Assembly: GCA_023920165.1 (NCBI GenBank) | Contig: CP089275.1 | Coordinates: 2,232,001-2,296,000, forward strand | Source of the DNA: Curvularia clavata | Lineage: Eukaryota | Length of the DNA: 64,000 nt | Direction: 5' to 3' | Part shown: positions 1 through 12,008 of the stretch, piece after piece | Layout: every line of letters starts with the position of its first letter | Position numbering within the stretch: position 1 is the first letter of the stretch | Made by a program: the position numbers and the translations under genes | The notes under the pieces: model-generated | The model's database searches: none | Told to the model about the DNA's origin: nothing | Seen by the model: only the letters and a program-made list of their open reading frames with translations

Positions 1-891
1 GTGTAATAAGCTTCCACTTCTCTTTGACACCACACCCTGCCAACGTCCGTCGTCGGATTCGCCAACTCTCAGACTACCTGGTCCTGTCGCCTGATTGGAT
101 TTCGTATGCCATAATCGACGATGTCACTGACGCGTATGCGCCTATGATTCAAAAGATTGAGGAAGAGGTCGACGATATTGATGAAGCCATTCTTCGTCTC
201 CACTCGAGCGATGAGGAGCAGGAGGCAGAGAAGGAGAAGAGTCATAGTTACAACAACCCGCATTACAAGGAGCCACCTGAGGTCAAGTCACAACAAGACA
301 CTGGCCGGGATATGCTGCGTCGGGTTGGCGAATGCCGAAAGAAGGTGATGAGTCTGTACCGTCTGTTGGGCAACAAGGCCGACGTCATCAAGGGCTTTGC
401 CAAGAGATGCAACGAGCAGTGGGACATTGCACCTCGCAACGAAATTGGCATGTATCTGGGGGATATCCAAGATCACATTGTTACCATGACTGGTAACTTG
501 AGTCACTATGAAAAGTGAGTTTGATTAATTTTGTGTGTTGGGGCAGGCAACTAACTAGGAACTAGTCTCCTCTCTCGAGCTCACAGCAACTACCTGGCGC
601 AGATCAACATTAGGATGAATGAGCGCCAGGAGAAGACTTCTGACATTCTGGGGAAGCTGACCGTGCTCGGTACTATTGTGCTGCCAATGAATGTTGTGAC
701 GGGTATCTGGGGCATGAACTGGTAAGTTGTGGAATCTATCCAAGGGCCAAGATGACATGCTTACGCGAACTAGCCTTGTACCCGGGCAAGATGTGCAAAA
801 TCTTAACTGGTTCTGGTCGATTACCGGAGGGCTGATTACGTTTGGACTGCTTTGCTACTTTATCGCAAAGAGGGTATATGGTATCGTTTGA
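1..891 (+). CDS. MNR2: CorA-family Mg2+ transporter (Mnr2/Alr1 type), 3' part; 5' end outside window
   Basis: Spliced reading (introns 515-565 and 722-773) gives YLGDIQDHIVTM...HYENLLSRAHSNYLAQINI...LGTIVLPMNVVTGIWGMNCLVPG, with the CorA GMN motif and two TM helices. Stop TGA at 889-891. Residue pattern is closer to yeast Mnr2 than to Alr1 (from memory). Confidence 0.85.
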
Positions 892-1789
892 ACAGCATTA
901 AGTAGGCAGGGAAAAGATAGTAATCAATCAATAGTTCTTATCTTTGCTTTATGGAAAGAAAGTATTATAATAAACCACTGTTTAGATTTGAAATAAAAAA
1001 AAAAGAGGTTATAGTATTGGTATTAGACTTGTCTGGCATTAATGTTACTTATAGTTCTAAGTTTCTGTTCTTCTCATATTCGACTTGATTTTATTCTTAT
1101 TTTTCACGAGTGGCTCACTTGCGGTGATTGGCCTATCAAAAGAGTGTGTCCAAAAAAAAATCTCTACAAAGAGATAGCAGCGGCAGGCCCAGGCTTTGTA
1201 AGAGATCATGTTCCAGCATGTGCAGGGTCACGATATGGCTCAGCCTGTTGAGTGGGGCCCTGGTTAGCCCACCCCACGTCTGTACATGCACAGCCTCTAG
1301 TACCATCGGACTTAAAAAAAAATAGTCGCCTGATGTCTCTTCAGCATGCTGCCTGGACCCTAGACAGAAGCAAAAACAGAGTTGATGCATGTAGCTAGCA
1401 GGGTGACGCTAGAAAGGTTGGGTAGCCTCACTCTTGGGCTACAGCCCAGCTGGGTTTTACGAGCGAAGAAACGGGCTCTTTCTTTCTCTTTGTCGTCACG
1501 TCCTTGGGTTACTTTGTTGCAGGCAACGGGGCTGGGGCATCGAGGCGCAGTACGGGGCCATGTGTGCGGCGGAGACATGGCGCAATGTCCGGTGAGGTCG
1601 TAAGTCGACAGGCAACCAGTTCGCATCTGCACACTGCCTCTGCCGGCGCCGTAGTGTACATGTGTATGCGCCGGCATTGTACGCTGCACGCCAGTCGGCG
1701 GGCCTGGCTGGATTCGAGACTCGTGCGCCTTCGTGCCCAAGCCGACGTCTGATTGCATGCATCTGTTGAGGCCTGGCGGACAGTCCGCA

Positions 1790-1797
1790 TGACGTCA
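1790..1797. promoter_or_regulatory. CRE/ATF-type palindrome TGACGTCA upstream of the DUF3824-type gene
   Basis: Exact TGACGTCA about 420 bp 5' of the ATG at 2218. Function is inferred. Confidence 0.35.
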
Positions 1798-2217
1798 GCC
1801 CGGCGCGCCCTTCCACCATCTGGGCAGTCGAGAAGCCAACCTTGTCTTCTGACGCGGTCCGCTCTCCAGGCCACTTGACGTCTTCTGCCTTGCTCTCTCG
1901 TCCGCTCCCTCTCCCGCTCCCTCTTTTCCTCTCTTATTACCCCGTCTGCCTCTGCTGCCCGCCAAACGTGCCAGCATCGCACACTCCCCATAGTTTGCCA
2001 AACAAACACCAAACCGTCTCGCCAATTACTAGAGACTTGCCATCGACAACCCCCACCTGCAAGAGCTGCCTAAGGGCCGCTTTTCCCACCGTCCCATCAG
2101 CCCCAACTCACAGCGACCGGCTGAATAGGCGTCCATCGCTTTTCCTGGCCGACAGACTCTGCCTGCTCCACGACTTACCCCGCTACTCGACTTTCCACCG
2201 CTTCGCTCGCCGCACCC

Positions 2218-4932
2218 ATGTCCGTCATCTACAAGAAGACGGAGCGCGAGCGCGAATGGGACACGGGCTCTTCGCGCGCTGGCGGCGCTGGCTACACCAC
2301 CGTCAGGCGCTACAAGTTCCCCGATCGTACCCTTGAAGAAGATACATACGAGTCTGAGATGCGCCTGGTCCAGCGCAGCCGCAACGACTTCGACGACCGC
2401 CGTTCCGTCAAGGACTACGTAGTCGAGCGAAACATCGAACCTGCCCGCGAAGTCCGACACTACCACTATGTCGACCGCTCGCCATCGCCCCAACGTTCCG
2501 AGTATCGCATCCAGCGTGAATATGAGCGTGAGTATGAGCGCGCCCCCTCCCCGGCCCGCACCGAAGTCCGCATCTCGCGCGAATACGAGCGCGACGAAGA
2601 AATCATCCCACGGGAACAGCCATACGAACTGGAAAAGTACTCTAGGTCTACCGAGTATTTCCGCCCAGAGCCGGTCCCCCAGCCCCCGCCCCAGCCTCAG
2701 TCCATCTACATCCGCAATGAAGCTGCTCAGCCCATGCAGATGCAGATGCAGCCCATCATCATCCGGGAGGAGGCCCCTCAGCCCATCATTATTCGCGAAC
2801 GCATTCAGGAGCCCGTCTATGAAGAGGAGAGGCCGGCTGTCCGACAAGAGGATGATTATTACTATGAACGCCGGTACAAGGAAATTGACCGCGGAAACCG
2901 TTATGAGGACCAAAACTACTACAGTGACGATGATGTGTACTACTACAAGGAGAAGGACACTTGGGGCGGTAGCGAAACCCGCGTCAAGCGTGACGTCGCT
3001 GCAGGCGCACTTGCTGGAGTTGCTGCAGGCCAGATTATCCGACATCACCGCAAGAGAAAAGGCGAAGCACCCGGAGGTTCTATTGGTAATGCCCTTGGTT
3101 ACGGCACACTAGGTGCCGTGAGTGCCGTAGCTCTTGACAGGTTCAACAACCGTTCCCGCTCTCGATCCGTCTCCTTGGACAGGGGCCGAGAACACCGACG
3201 CCACAAGTCTCGTCACCGTAGCAAGTCTAGGGCCAGAGAAATTGGCACTCTTGCTGCCATCGCAGGCGTCGGAGCGCTTGCCTACGCCGCTGGACAGAGG
3301 AACAAGGGCAAGACCAAAGAGGAGACGGTCACGATTATAGAAGATCGGCACCGCAGCAGATCGCATCATAGGAGCAAGTCACGTCACAGACGAGGTCGAA
3401 GAAGGTCAAGGTCGGTCTCGGTGGTTTCAGACAGGAGTAGGTCTCGTAGTACGAGCAAGCACATGGACCCCGAGCACCGCAACAAGCGGGTGGCAGAAGT
3501 TGGCCTAGCCAGTGCTATTGCCGCCGGTCTTGTTGAGCGTCGACGTAGCAAGTCACGAAAGCGTGAGGGCAAGCGCTCTCCAAGTCGCATCCGACAGGGT
3601 GTACCGATTGCTGCTGCTGGTGTTACCGGCGCAGCCATCACTGGACTCTATGAAAAGCGAAAAGCTAAGAAGGAAGCTAGGGAGTTGTCGCGCTCAAAAT
3701 CAAGATCACCGTCAAGATCGAGGTCAGTCCTCTCCCGTCTTACTGGGCGCAGCCGTAGTAGGCGTCAAAGTACAGTGAGTGAACCTGTCTTAGTAGAGTA
3801 CGGTGGTGATCCGATCTACACCGATCGCTCCGCGAGGAGTCGAAGTCGAAGTCGAAGCCGAAGCCGAGATCGAGAACGAACCCGCTCGCGCCGTAGACGC
3901 CGACGAAGCTCCTCCTCGTCCTCGAGCGGTAAGAGCCGGAGCCGGAGCAAGAGTCGGGCACGAGCCGTCGCAGAGACTGCGGCAGTGGCTGGTGTTGCCG
4001 GTTTGGCTGCTCATGAAGCGACTAAGAGGAGAGATCGTAAAAAGGCAGAAAAAGAAGCTGAAAGACGACGTGAGTCCACCCCTCGCCCATACCGGAACTA
4101 GCATACTCAACATCATCAACAGGCGAGGAGGAATCGGCATACTCGACTGGCACCTACAGTCCCTCTTACGACAGTCCCCCAGCGTCCACAGCTTATACCA
4201 ATGATTCACGCTACTTCCCTGAGACCAATTACTTCCCTCCGCCTCCTAACGCATCTGTGGACCCGAACCACAACCCTTATCCACCCTACAATCCGGCCGA
4301 CTACCCGCCTCCCCCACACATGAACCACGAGCCCAACCATCCCTCACAATACGTCAACCCACCTCATGATGACGTCCATGTCGGAAATCCTTATGCGCCT
4401 CCTCAACATGATCCTTACTACGGTCAACCCCGTCGTACGGATGGCAATGTGAGTGCTCCAGTCCCTGATCATGTTGGTAACGAGCACAACAACTTCGCTT
4501 CTGCACGTGGTGCGTTTGGGCCGCCTGACGGTGGTATTGGACAACATGGCTGATACATGAATAGGTCCCGTAGACAAATCCCGCAGTCCTAGCCCACCTC
4601 AAGAAGAGGAAAAGAGCGTTAAATTCAATCTGGAACCGCAGGAGGAGCCGGCTCGGGAGCCTTCACGGGAGACTTCCCCTGAGAGAAGTGATAACGATCA
4701 TGAGCATCAGGGGCAGAGACGACGGAGACGACACAGAGACGACGAATCCTCACAGGGGACGAGGGAGTCTGGCAGAGATCGTAAGAGGCGCCATCGAGAT
4801 GAATCACCTGGATCAGACGCTTCCGACGCCACGATTGAGCTGCCGCCACGCTTCGACGAGCATGGACGAAAGAGGCCTGAAGACCCGTTGGCTGATACTT
4901 TGGAGAGCGTTTTGTCGTCTATATTCCGATAG
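2218..4932 (+). CDS. Large Arg/Ser- and Pro-rich disordered fungal protein (DUF3824-like)
   Basis: 627-codon ORF with repeated AAGAxAG hydrophobic segments followed by RS tracts. Intron 4070-4122 leads to YFPETNYFPPPP. Intron 4510-4564 leads to a terminal exon ...SDATIELPPRFDEHGRK...DPLADTLESVLSSIFR* (TAG 4930-4932). Confidence 0.7.
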
Positions 4933-5225
4933 TGTTCGTGTCTTGCTTCTTTTCTTTTGTCTTTTGCGTACAATGTTCTTTCCCTTGCGTTATATCATGA
5001 CGACGGCTATGATTGAACTCTGGGCATGCATGTCTCTGATGATGATGATATTCATGTTGATGTCTTTCCCTTTCTCTTTTTGACCTGGATCTTTTATTTC
5101 CCATTTCTGTCAGACGACCTCTATGTCCTTTATTTTCTCAACGACACCAAATCGAATAATGGTAACGAAGTAATGAGTTCATGTACATTGTGGTGCTTGT
5201 ATACAACCACACATGTATGTATATA

Positions 5226-5275
5226 ACGTAGTTCACAAGCGAGTCGGCACCCCAAGCGAGTCGGCAGCTCCCCAC
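5226..5275 (+). repeat. Left TIR (50 bp perfect, extends imperfectly about 20 bp further), with internal direct repeat CAAGCGAGTCGGCA x2
   Basis: Exact reverse complement of 7023-7072. The 14-bp repeats lie at 5236-5249 and 5253-5266. Confidence 0.95.
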
Positions 5276-5306
5276 CGGCGCGTCAACGTCGACACTATAA
5301 CGCGTT

Positions 5307-6953
5307 ATGTCTCAACCACATCAAATCCAACAAGTTACTTCTGAAGCCGATATTCAATTAGCTATCTTTGAAATTAATTCTTGCCGTGTTCAAAGTGTTA
5401 AGCGTGCTGCTGAGATCTATAACGTTCCTCGAACAATAGTACAAGACTGACGCGCTGGAAAGCCCTCCCGACGCGACTGCGAGCCAAATTCGAAGCGTCT
5501 AAACAAGCTAGAAGAGGAGGCTATAGTTGAGCGTATTCTTGAAGAATCTACGCGAGGATTTGCGCCTACAAAGACTGACGTTCGAGCAATGGCTGATAAA
5601 CTGTTGCATGAGCGGGAGAGCAACCCTACTGGCAAGAACTGGGTTGATAACTTTGTTAAGCGAACTCCTAAGCTCCGTACGCGCTGGAGCCGTCCCTATA
5701 ATCACCAGCGAGCCGCCTGCGAGGACCCAGTGGCTATCCAGCGCTGGTTTGACTTGGTTCAGGCGATAAAGCAGAAGTGGGGTATCGTGGACGATGATAT
5801 CTACAACTTTGACGAGACTGGCTTTATAATGGGCAAGATTTCATCACAGTTAGTTATCACAGGCTTAGAGGGATATGGCAAAAAGAAGCGGATACAGCCA
5901 GGCAACCGTGAGTGGGTTACTGCGATCTAAGGCGTGGGCGCGTCGGGTCGCCGGATACTACCCTTCGTTGTCTTTGCGGGCAAGGTGCTTATTAACGTCT
6001 GGTTTGAAAATTTGCCGGCCGACTAGGTTCTTGAAGTTAGTCCTAATGGCTGGACGAATAATCAACTTGCTCTTGCCTGGTTAGAGCACTTTGACACCTA
6101 TACAAAGAGGCATACTGTGGGTAGGTATCGACTGCTTATTATCGACGGCCACGAGAGCCACTGCTCTATCGATTTTCAAGATCTTTGCAAGGAGAAGAAC
6201 ATTATCCTTCTCTGCATGCCTGCACACTCGTCTCACCTACTACAGCCTCTTGATGTCGCCTGCTTCTCGCCATTGAAGCGCAAGTATGGCGACGCTATTT
6301 CGGGCTTGGCACGTAACCGTACCAACTATATTAGCAAGGAGACCTTTCTGCCAGCCTTTAAGGCTGCTTTTGAGCAGTCTATTACGAAGGAGAATATCCA
6401 AGCTGGCTTTAGAGGCGCTGGTCTAGTCCCACATGAACCACAGGCTGTGCTATCAAAGCTTGATGTGGTGGTGCAGACACCATATCAATCACCGCGACGG
6501 GTAGCCGCCTGGGAGGCGCAGACACCACGCAACGCGCGCGAAGTCGAGGCTCAAATTGGTCTTATTCAACAGAGCGTGAGAAGGCGCCGTGGGTCCTCTG
6601 CCAACTCACTTACTGAGCAGATTGCGCAGTTGAGTAAGGGGGCTCAGCAAATGGCACATAATATGGTACTTCTGACAGAGAAAATAACTACTCTTCAAGA
6701 GGCTCTTGACGAATCAAATAAGCGTAAGAGCCGCAAGCGGCGATACGTACGGTCAGAAGAGACTCTTACTGTAGGCGAGGTACAAGAAGTATTAGCTGAA
6801 CAGGCGGGTAGCAGTCGTGGTGACGGTGAGAGTGCGTCGAAGAGGGTGCGAGGACAGAGGCGGTGCGGGCGTTGCAAGCAGACTGGACACAACGCTCGTA
6901 CCTGTGCAGTTGATATAGATAGTGCAAGCGATAGTGGCGATTCTGATAATTAA
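5307..6953 (+). pseudogene. Pogo/Fot1 transposase pseudogene (548 codons, 3 in-frame stops)
   Basis: A single frame runs from ATG 5307 to TAA 6953. It holds an HTH region, NFDETGF, LLIIDGHESH, HLLQPLDV and a C-terminal CCHC knuckle CGRCKQTGHNARTC. Stops: TGA 5448, TAA 5928, TAG 6024. Confidence 0.92.
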
Positions 6954-7022
6954 TTTGGTATATCGCAATAGTTTATTGACTGTGATAAAAGACTGTGATA
7001 ACGTCTCGACGTCAACGCGCCA

Positions 7023-7072
7023 GTGGGGAGCTGCCGACTCGCTTGGGGTGCCGACTCGCTTGTGAACTACGT
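7023..7072 (-). repeat. Right TIR of the Fot1-like element
   Basis: Ends ...GCCGACTCGCTTGTGAACTACGT followed by TA. Confidence 0.95.
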
Positions 7073-7490
7073 TATACATAGTTTGGCATGTTTCAGATGC
7101 GCAGTGCAGAGTTGAATAATACATACCGCTTCCATTGCTTTTTCCCATCTTGCTGCCTTTTGCATGTGATGAGAGACTACTGACTGGTTAACTACTGTAT
7201 CGCTTCTTTCTAACTATTTAGGAGAAATGAAAATACTTCGAATACGGTATTAAAGTGCTTCGACCGTACCTTACTTCACAAAAGACTTCCCAACTCATGC
7301 AACATATTCGAACACTACAAGATTCGTTCCACCACGTCACCACACAGCACTTCATCTCATCGTCACAAGAACATGGAAATGCCAGGCATTGAGATAAAAA
7401 AGTAGATAAAAAAGCGCTGTAACATTTCAAGGGATCCAGAATCCACCCTCCCACCGAAGCCAAAACACCATAATACCTCTACCACCAAAC

Positions 7491-8997
7491 CTAATCATCA
7501 TCCTCGTCCTTCTTCCATCCCATCTTCCTCTTCGAATCAAACTCAACTGCCGTCAACCTCCTCGCCTTCTCGTCCATGACTCCCTTCCCCGGCGACCTCG
7601 GCGGCGTAATCGCGCCCTCATCCTCCTCGGGCTCCCATGCCCTACGCTTCGCCAACATAGCCTCCAACTGCGGATCCTTACCACTGCGATCCGGGACCGG
7701 TGGTGGCGGACCCTTGCGCACAGGCGCGGCGTCGCTTTGTTTCCTCAGCAGCGGGGGTCCTGTGCGCGCAGTGGTACTGTCGACGGGCATTACCTGTCCT
7801 TTGATTTCTCGCACAATGGGAACGTCTGAGGCAGGGATGGCGCCGCCGAGACGGACAAAGGGGGCTGGAGAGGAAGGGGTAAGAGGTTTTGCGGGCGTGA
7901 TGGGGGTTTCGGGGATGTCTTGGGACTCGTGGATGGGGACGGCGCGGCTGCCTAGGCGGAAGCGACCGATTTTTTGATCGCCAACGGCGGGAAGGGAGTA
8001 GTTGATCTCCTTGACCTGTCCGGCTGGCTTGGGAGCTGGAGGTGGCGGTGGGCGGGAGGCGGATTTGTTGATGGGGGATTTGGGCGCGGCAATGGGGAGG
8101 GGTGGTGGTAGGGGCGGTGAGGATGCCTTTCGGGTAGGAGGTGTGGCGGGTGGTGAGGGGGGTGAGGCAGATGTCTGGTTGTAGCTTGTGTTGTTGTGAC
8201 TGCTTTGGTTGTGGTTGTGGGTGATGGTCGTGGTCGTGGTTGTCCGTGACATGCTCTCGATCCAGGATTCGATGCGGCCTTCACTTAAGTCTCTGGATCC
8301 TGAAGCTGGCTGTAGAAAGAAAAACTACCTGTTAGCGAAATGATCTGTAGCCTTGCTATTGACATGGCATGTGCAAGGATCTACTTACTGATTCGTCTCG
8401 AGAACTCCGTTCCGACTGTATTAATCGTGCTGACTCGGCCAGAGCCCGCTGTATCTCCTCTTCCTCTTCCCGTTCTCTCCTCTCGGCCTCCTCTCGTGAC
8501 TTCTTCATCATGTATTCCATGTCCTTTTCCATCTGGTTTTGGATCTGGCGGTCATACTCCTCCCTACTCTTCCTCTCGATTTCCCTAATCCGCTCGTCGG
8601 ATGCCCGCTTTTGCCTTTCTTGAGCTCTTTGGGCCTCTTCGCGACGCCTCCTTTCAGCTTGTCGCTCCTCTTCGGCCTGTCTGTGTCCCTTCTCCAGCAC
8701 CTCTCGTTCTCCACGGCGCAACTCTTCCTCCCTCTCTTTTGCTTCTCGGCGACGCTGCTCGTCGTATTTCCTTTGTTCGCGTTCTATCGCCTCCTCTTCT
8801 CTCTTCCGGGCTACACTGAGACATCGGTTGCAGATGCCCTCACGGTCGGTGGTTCTGATGGTGAATCGGTCTTTGTAATTTGGGTTATCGCGGTCACAGT
8901 GGAGGTTGCTTCTTTGGAAGTAGGGGCATCCGTATGTGTCGACATGGTCTTCTTGTGGGTGCCCGCATTCGAGCGTGGCAATTGTGAATCTACACAT
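7491..8997 (-). CDS. Hypothetical protein (about 475 aa): Cys/His N-terminus, coiled coil, UIM-like motif, Pro-rich tail
   Basis: ORFs 8997-8389 and 8309-7491 join in frame through intron 8388-8310 (GTAAGT...GCTAAC...CTACAG). Confidence 0.75.
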
Positions 8998-10099
8998 GCT
9001 TGATGTGGATGGCTATGATGAGGACGAGGATGGGGATGGACTGATGTACACAGCAGGTGGGGCCGATAGTATACAAGTTCGATGTTACAAGAGAACCACT
9101 GGATATGTGTTGTAGAGAGAGAAAGTAGGAATTGAGGGTCTGCGAATCACCAACAAAAAGTACTTATACATGGAAGGTGTTGACCGCCATGGGGCTGCTA
9201 GTGAAGTGCGGTAAGCGTGACGGCCTTGTACACGTAGTAGCACAATGACTCTGAAACACGGCTCAAGGAACGAGCACTGGAATCCTGCAGACGCAGAGAC
9301 GCCAAAATTGACACTATGAACATGCGTACAACACATCAAACGGCTAACATGTCCGCGCTCTGCGCGGCGGGTGAGGCGAACGACGGCCGATTGGCCACGG
9401 GCTGCAGAGTCGTTCCACCCATGACGAGACTGCGAGGCATTTCCCGTACACTGCTTCGCCCACCGAATGTTCTCCCAGGACGCTGCAGGATCGCAGTGCG
9501 CACCCAGCTCTTTGTAGTGGCAGACCCACCTGCATCAGACGTGGTAGACCGCCACAGGCATAGACGATTGGTGTTGCTCATACGGCTGGGCAGAGAACCT
9601 CGTTTCCCCAGCCAAAGTATAGCATCGGGGATTGCCAGCAAAGCCATGGCCCCGCAGCGCAGGAGAGCAAACCGGCCGCCGAAAAATGAAGCATCCGACT
9701 GTGTGGTGAAGCATGAACAACATGGCAAGAAGCGACCATGTCGGTGGAGATGGCTACGTGGCGGGCTCAGCCGTAGTGGGGATGCATGGCTCGCCACAAC
9801 AAGGGCAGAGTACTGTGTGCATCGAGCAGCACGGTCTTTGAGTCGTGGAGACCCGGGGAACACGCGATCGAGCAGAAGCGTCAGTCGTCAGCGAGCACGA
9901 AACCGATGGTTGCGAGCGAAGTTGAATGACGATGGCACATAGAGAGGCTCTCTCGGGTAGTGCTGGGTGGAGACGTTAGACGTAGCCAATGAGCGGCGGG
10001 TGATTGCAATAATCCCTGTACGACTTGGCACTTGGGATGAGCTTCATCGTTGACATCTTCAATCGACGCCATCGCCTCCTGCCCGCAGCACAACCCACC

Positions 10100-11107
10100 A
10101 TGGCCTCAAGACTGGTACCCTTTGCATGCCGAATTGCCCCACGCGCCTCGCGACAGTTCCAGAGGACTCAATGGCGGGCTTTCAGCGTCGCGCGCCCCGC
10201 GTGGAATGAGAGTGGCTCGCTCAATGTCGTATGTACTTTGTTTGCACAACACAGCGCTTCAACCACACTGGGGCTGATACCATCTGCAGCATCGCGACAC
10301 GCCCGAGAATAACCCTAAGATTCCCTTCAAATTCTCGGCGCAAAATGAGGAGCTTATTAAGGAAATCGTCTCTCGTTACCCCTCCCAGTACAAGAAGGCC
10401 GCCGTCATGCCGCTCCTCGACCTCGGACAGCGCCAGCACGGATTCTGCAGCATCAGCGTCATGAACGAGGTTGCGCGGATACTCGAGATGCCACCAATGC
10501 GTGTCTACGAAGTGGCGACGTTCTATACCATGTACAACCGCGACCCCGTGGGCAAGTTCCACGTCCAGGTCTGCACAACAGTAAGTAGAAGGACTGCAAT
10601 GCAGGAATTGGGCTTTATTGACACAGGATTTAGACCCCCTGCATGCTCTGCGACAGTGATTCCGTCATGAAGGCGTGCGAGGATGTGCTGGGCATTCACC
10701 ACGGCGAGACGACTCCAGACGGTCTCTTCACATTCACAGAAGTCGAGTGCCTTGGCGCATGTGCCAATGCCCCTATGGTCCAGATCAACGACGATTACTA
10801 CGAAGACCTTACATACGACTCGACGGTCAATCTCCTTAAGGCCCTGAAGCACGCCGCTCAAGCAACTGGCGCTCAGCCCGGCGCCAAGGGCCTGACAAGC
10901 GGTGCGGGCAAGGGCTCGGCGGCTGGCGAGGGTGCGGGCGAGGCCCTGGCTAAGGAGCAGGGACGACAGTACGCAGCCGGCGGTGTCAAGCTGCCATCAC
11001 CCGGTCCACTGAGCGGACGAAAGTCTTGCGAGCCGGCTGGTGGCTTAACTAGCTTGACCAGCGAGCCTTGGGGCAACGAGACTTTGAGAAAGGACGGTGC
11101 TTTGTAA
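10100..11107 (+). CDS. nuo-24: NADH:ubiquinone oxidoreductase 24-kDa subunit (NDUFV2/NuoE homolog), mitochondrial
   Basis: Arg-rich presequence, then HRDTPENNP..., [22 protein letters not shown] and [12 protein letters not shown]. The [2Fe-2S] Cys motifs are CTTTPCMLC and [11 protein letters not shown]. Introns 10229-10289 and 10581-10633. Confidence 0.96.
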
Positions 11108-11130
11108 GACAGTTCAAGAATAGAAGAGGA

Positions 11131-11138
11131 TGTAAATA
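11131..11138 (+). promoter_or_regulatory. Puf3-type 3'-UTR element UGUAAAUA
   Basis: TGTAAATA begins 24 nt after the nuo-24 stop codon. Confidence 0.5.
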
Positions 11139-12008
11139 CTATAACCAAACTTTTTTCTGGCATTCCGGGTAACAACGGTCTTGGGTGGGCTGATGTGTGA
11201 GATTCAGCTGCGTCCTGTAGACTTATCTGAAAATGTATTCAACGGCACGCATGGACTCCTTGTTTCTCGCGTCGTGTGGTGTCGACCTGCATATGTTTCA
11301 ACTTTATCCCACACGAGGTTGGATTTAGCTGTAGTAGAGTGACGTTGGTGTCTTTACAGGCTCTTCAGCCCCAGGATAATTGGTGACATTGATCCACGGC
11401 ATTAAAAAGCCACTAAACTTGAAACGGAAAAAAACTTTTATTTGATAAATTGCATTCGATCTATCAGCACCCAGGTGCACCTCCACTTCGGGCCGTCATT
11501 TGTTGTACATGTATGAACCATCTCTGATCCCTTGATATGCTGGGTTCCGAGTCTGAGATGTGCGTCTATATGTGACTCGTAGCCCCCTTCCAGACTTTTC
11601 TCCCACCGGTTTGGCTTGAGGAGAAGCAAGAGAGGGACGTCAAAGTATATGTGATGAAGAAAAGGGACAAAAGGGAAGTTGGTGTGCATGTAAAATCGCT
11701 GTTCCGCAGTGCAAACGCCGTCGCTATATCCACAATGGGGCGTAGAAAAAAAAGTCGTCCCCGAAACTGCAGTCTCCCAAGTTGATTCGCTGATTCCGAT
11801 GCTATGCTGTTGCTCTCGATGATATTTTTTTGATGTGTTTTCAGGATATTTCGTGTTTGACCGTCCTCATGTTCACATAATTGTTCCCAGATGCTGGGAA
11901 GACCGGGGAATGTTCGTTTGTCGTTAATATATGTATCGCTGTCTATCCGGAAAGGGTGCTGGTAATGGGGGCGCCTGGATCCTACCGACGTTGTTGGGGC
12001 TAATTGCC

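Larger units (their letters stand above)
5226..7072 (+). mobile_element. Fot1/Pot2-like pogo (Tc1/mariner superfamily) DNA transposon, full length, 1847 bp
   Basis: Terminal inverted repeats begin ACGTAGTTCACAAGCGAGTCGG at both ends. TA target duplication at 5224-5225 and 7073-7074. Internal DDE_1-type transposase. Confidence 0.96.

Noticed and set aside
2029..3048. 339-aa ORF antisense to the DUF3824-like gene
   Set aside because: Antisense shadow of a repetitive coding region.
5236..5266. Short direct repeats resembling a CRISPR or array unit
   Set aside because: Only two copies, inside the TIR; these are the usual transposase-binding subrepeats.
9316..9942. Overlapping 208-aa and 175-aa ORFs in the divergent promoter before nuo-24
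   Set aside because: Arg/Ala-rich, GC-driven frames with no recognisable domain.
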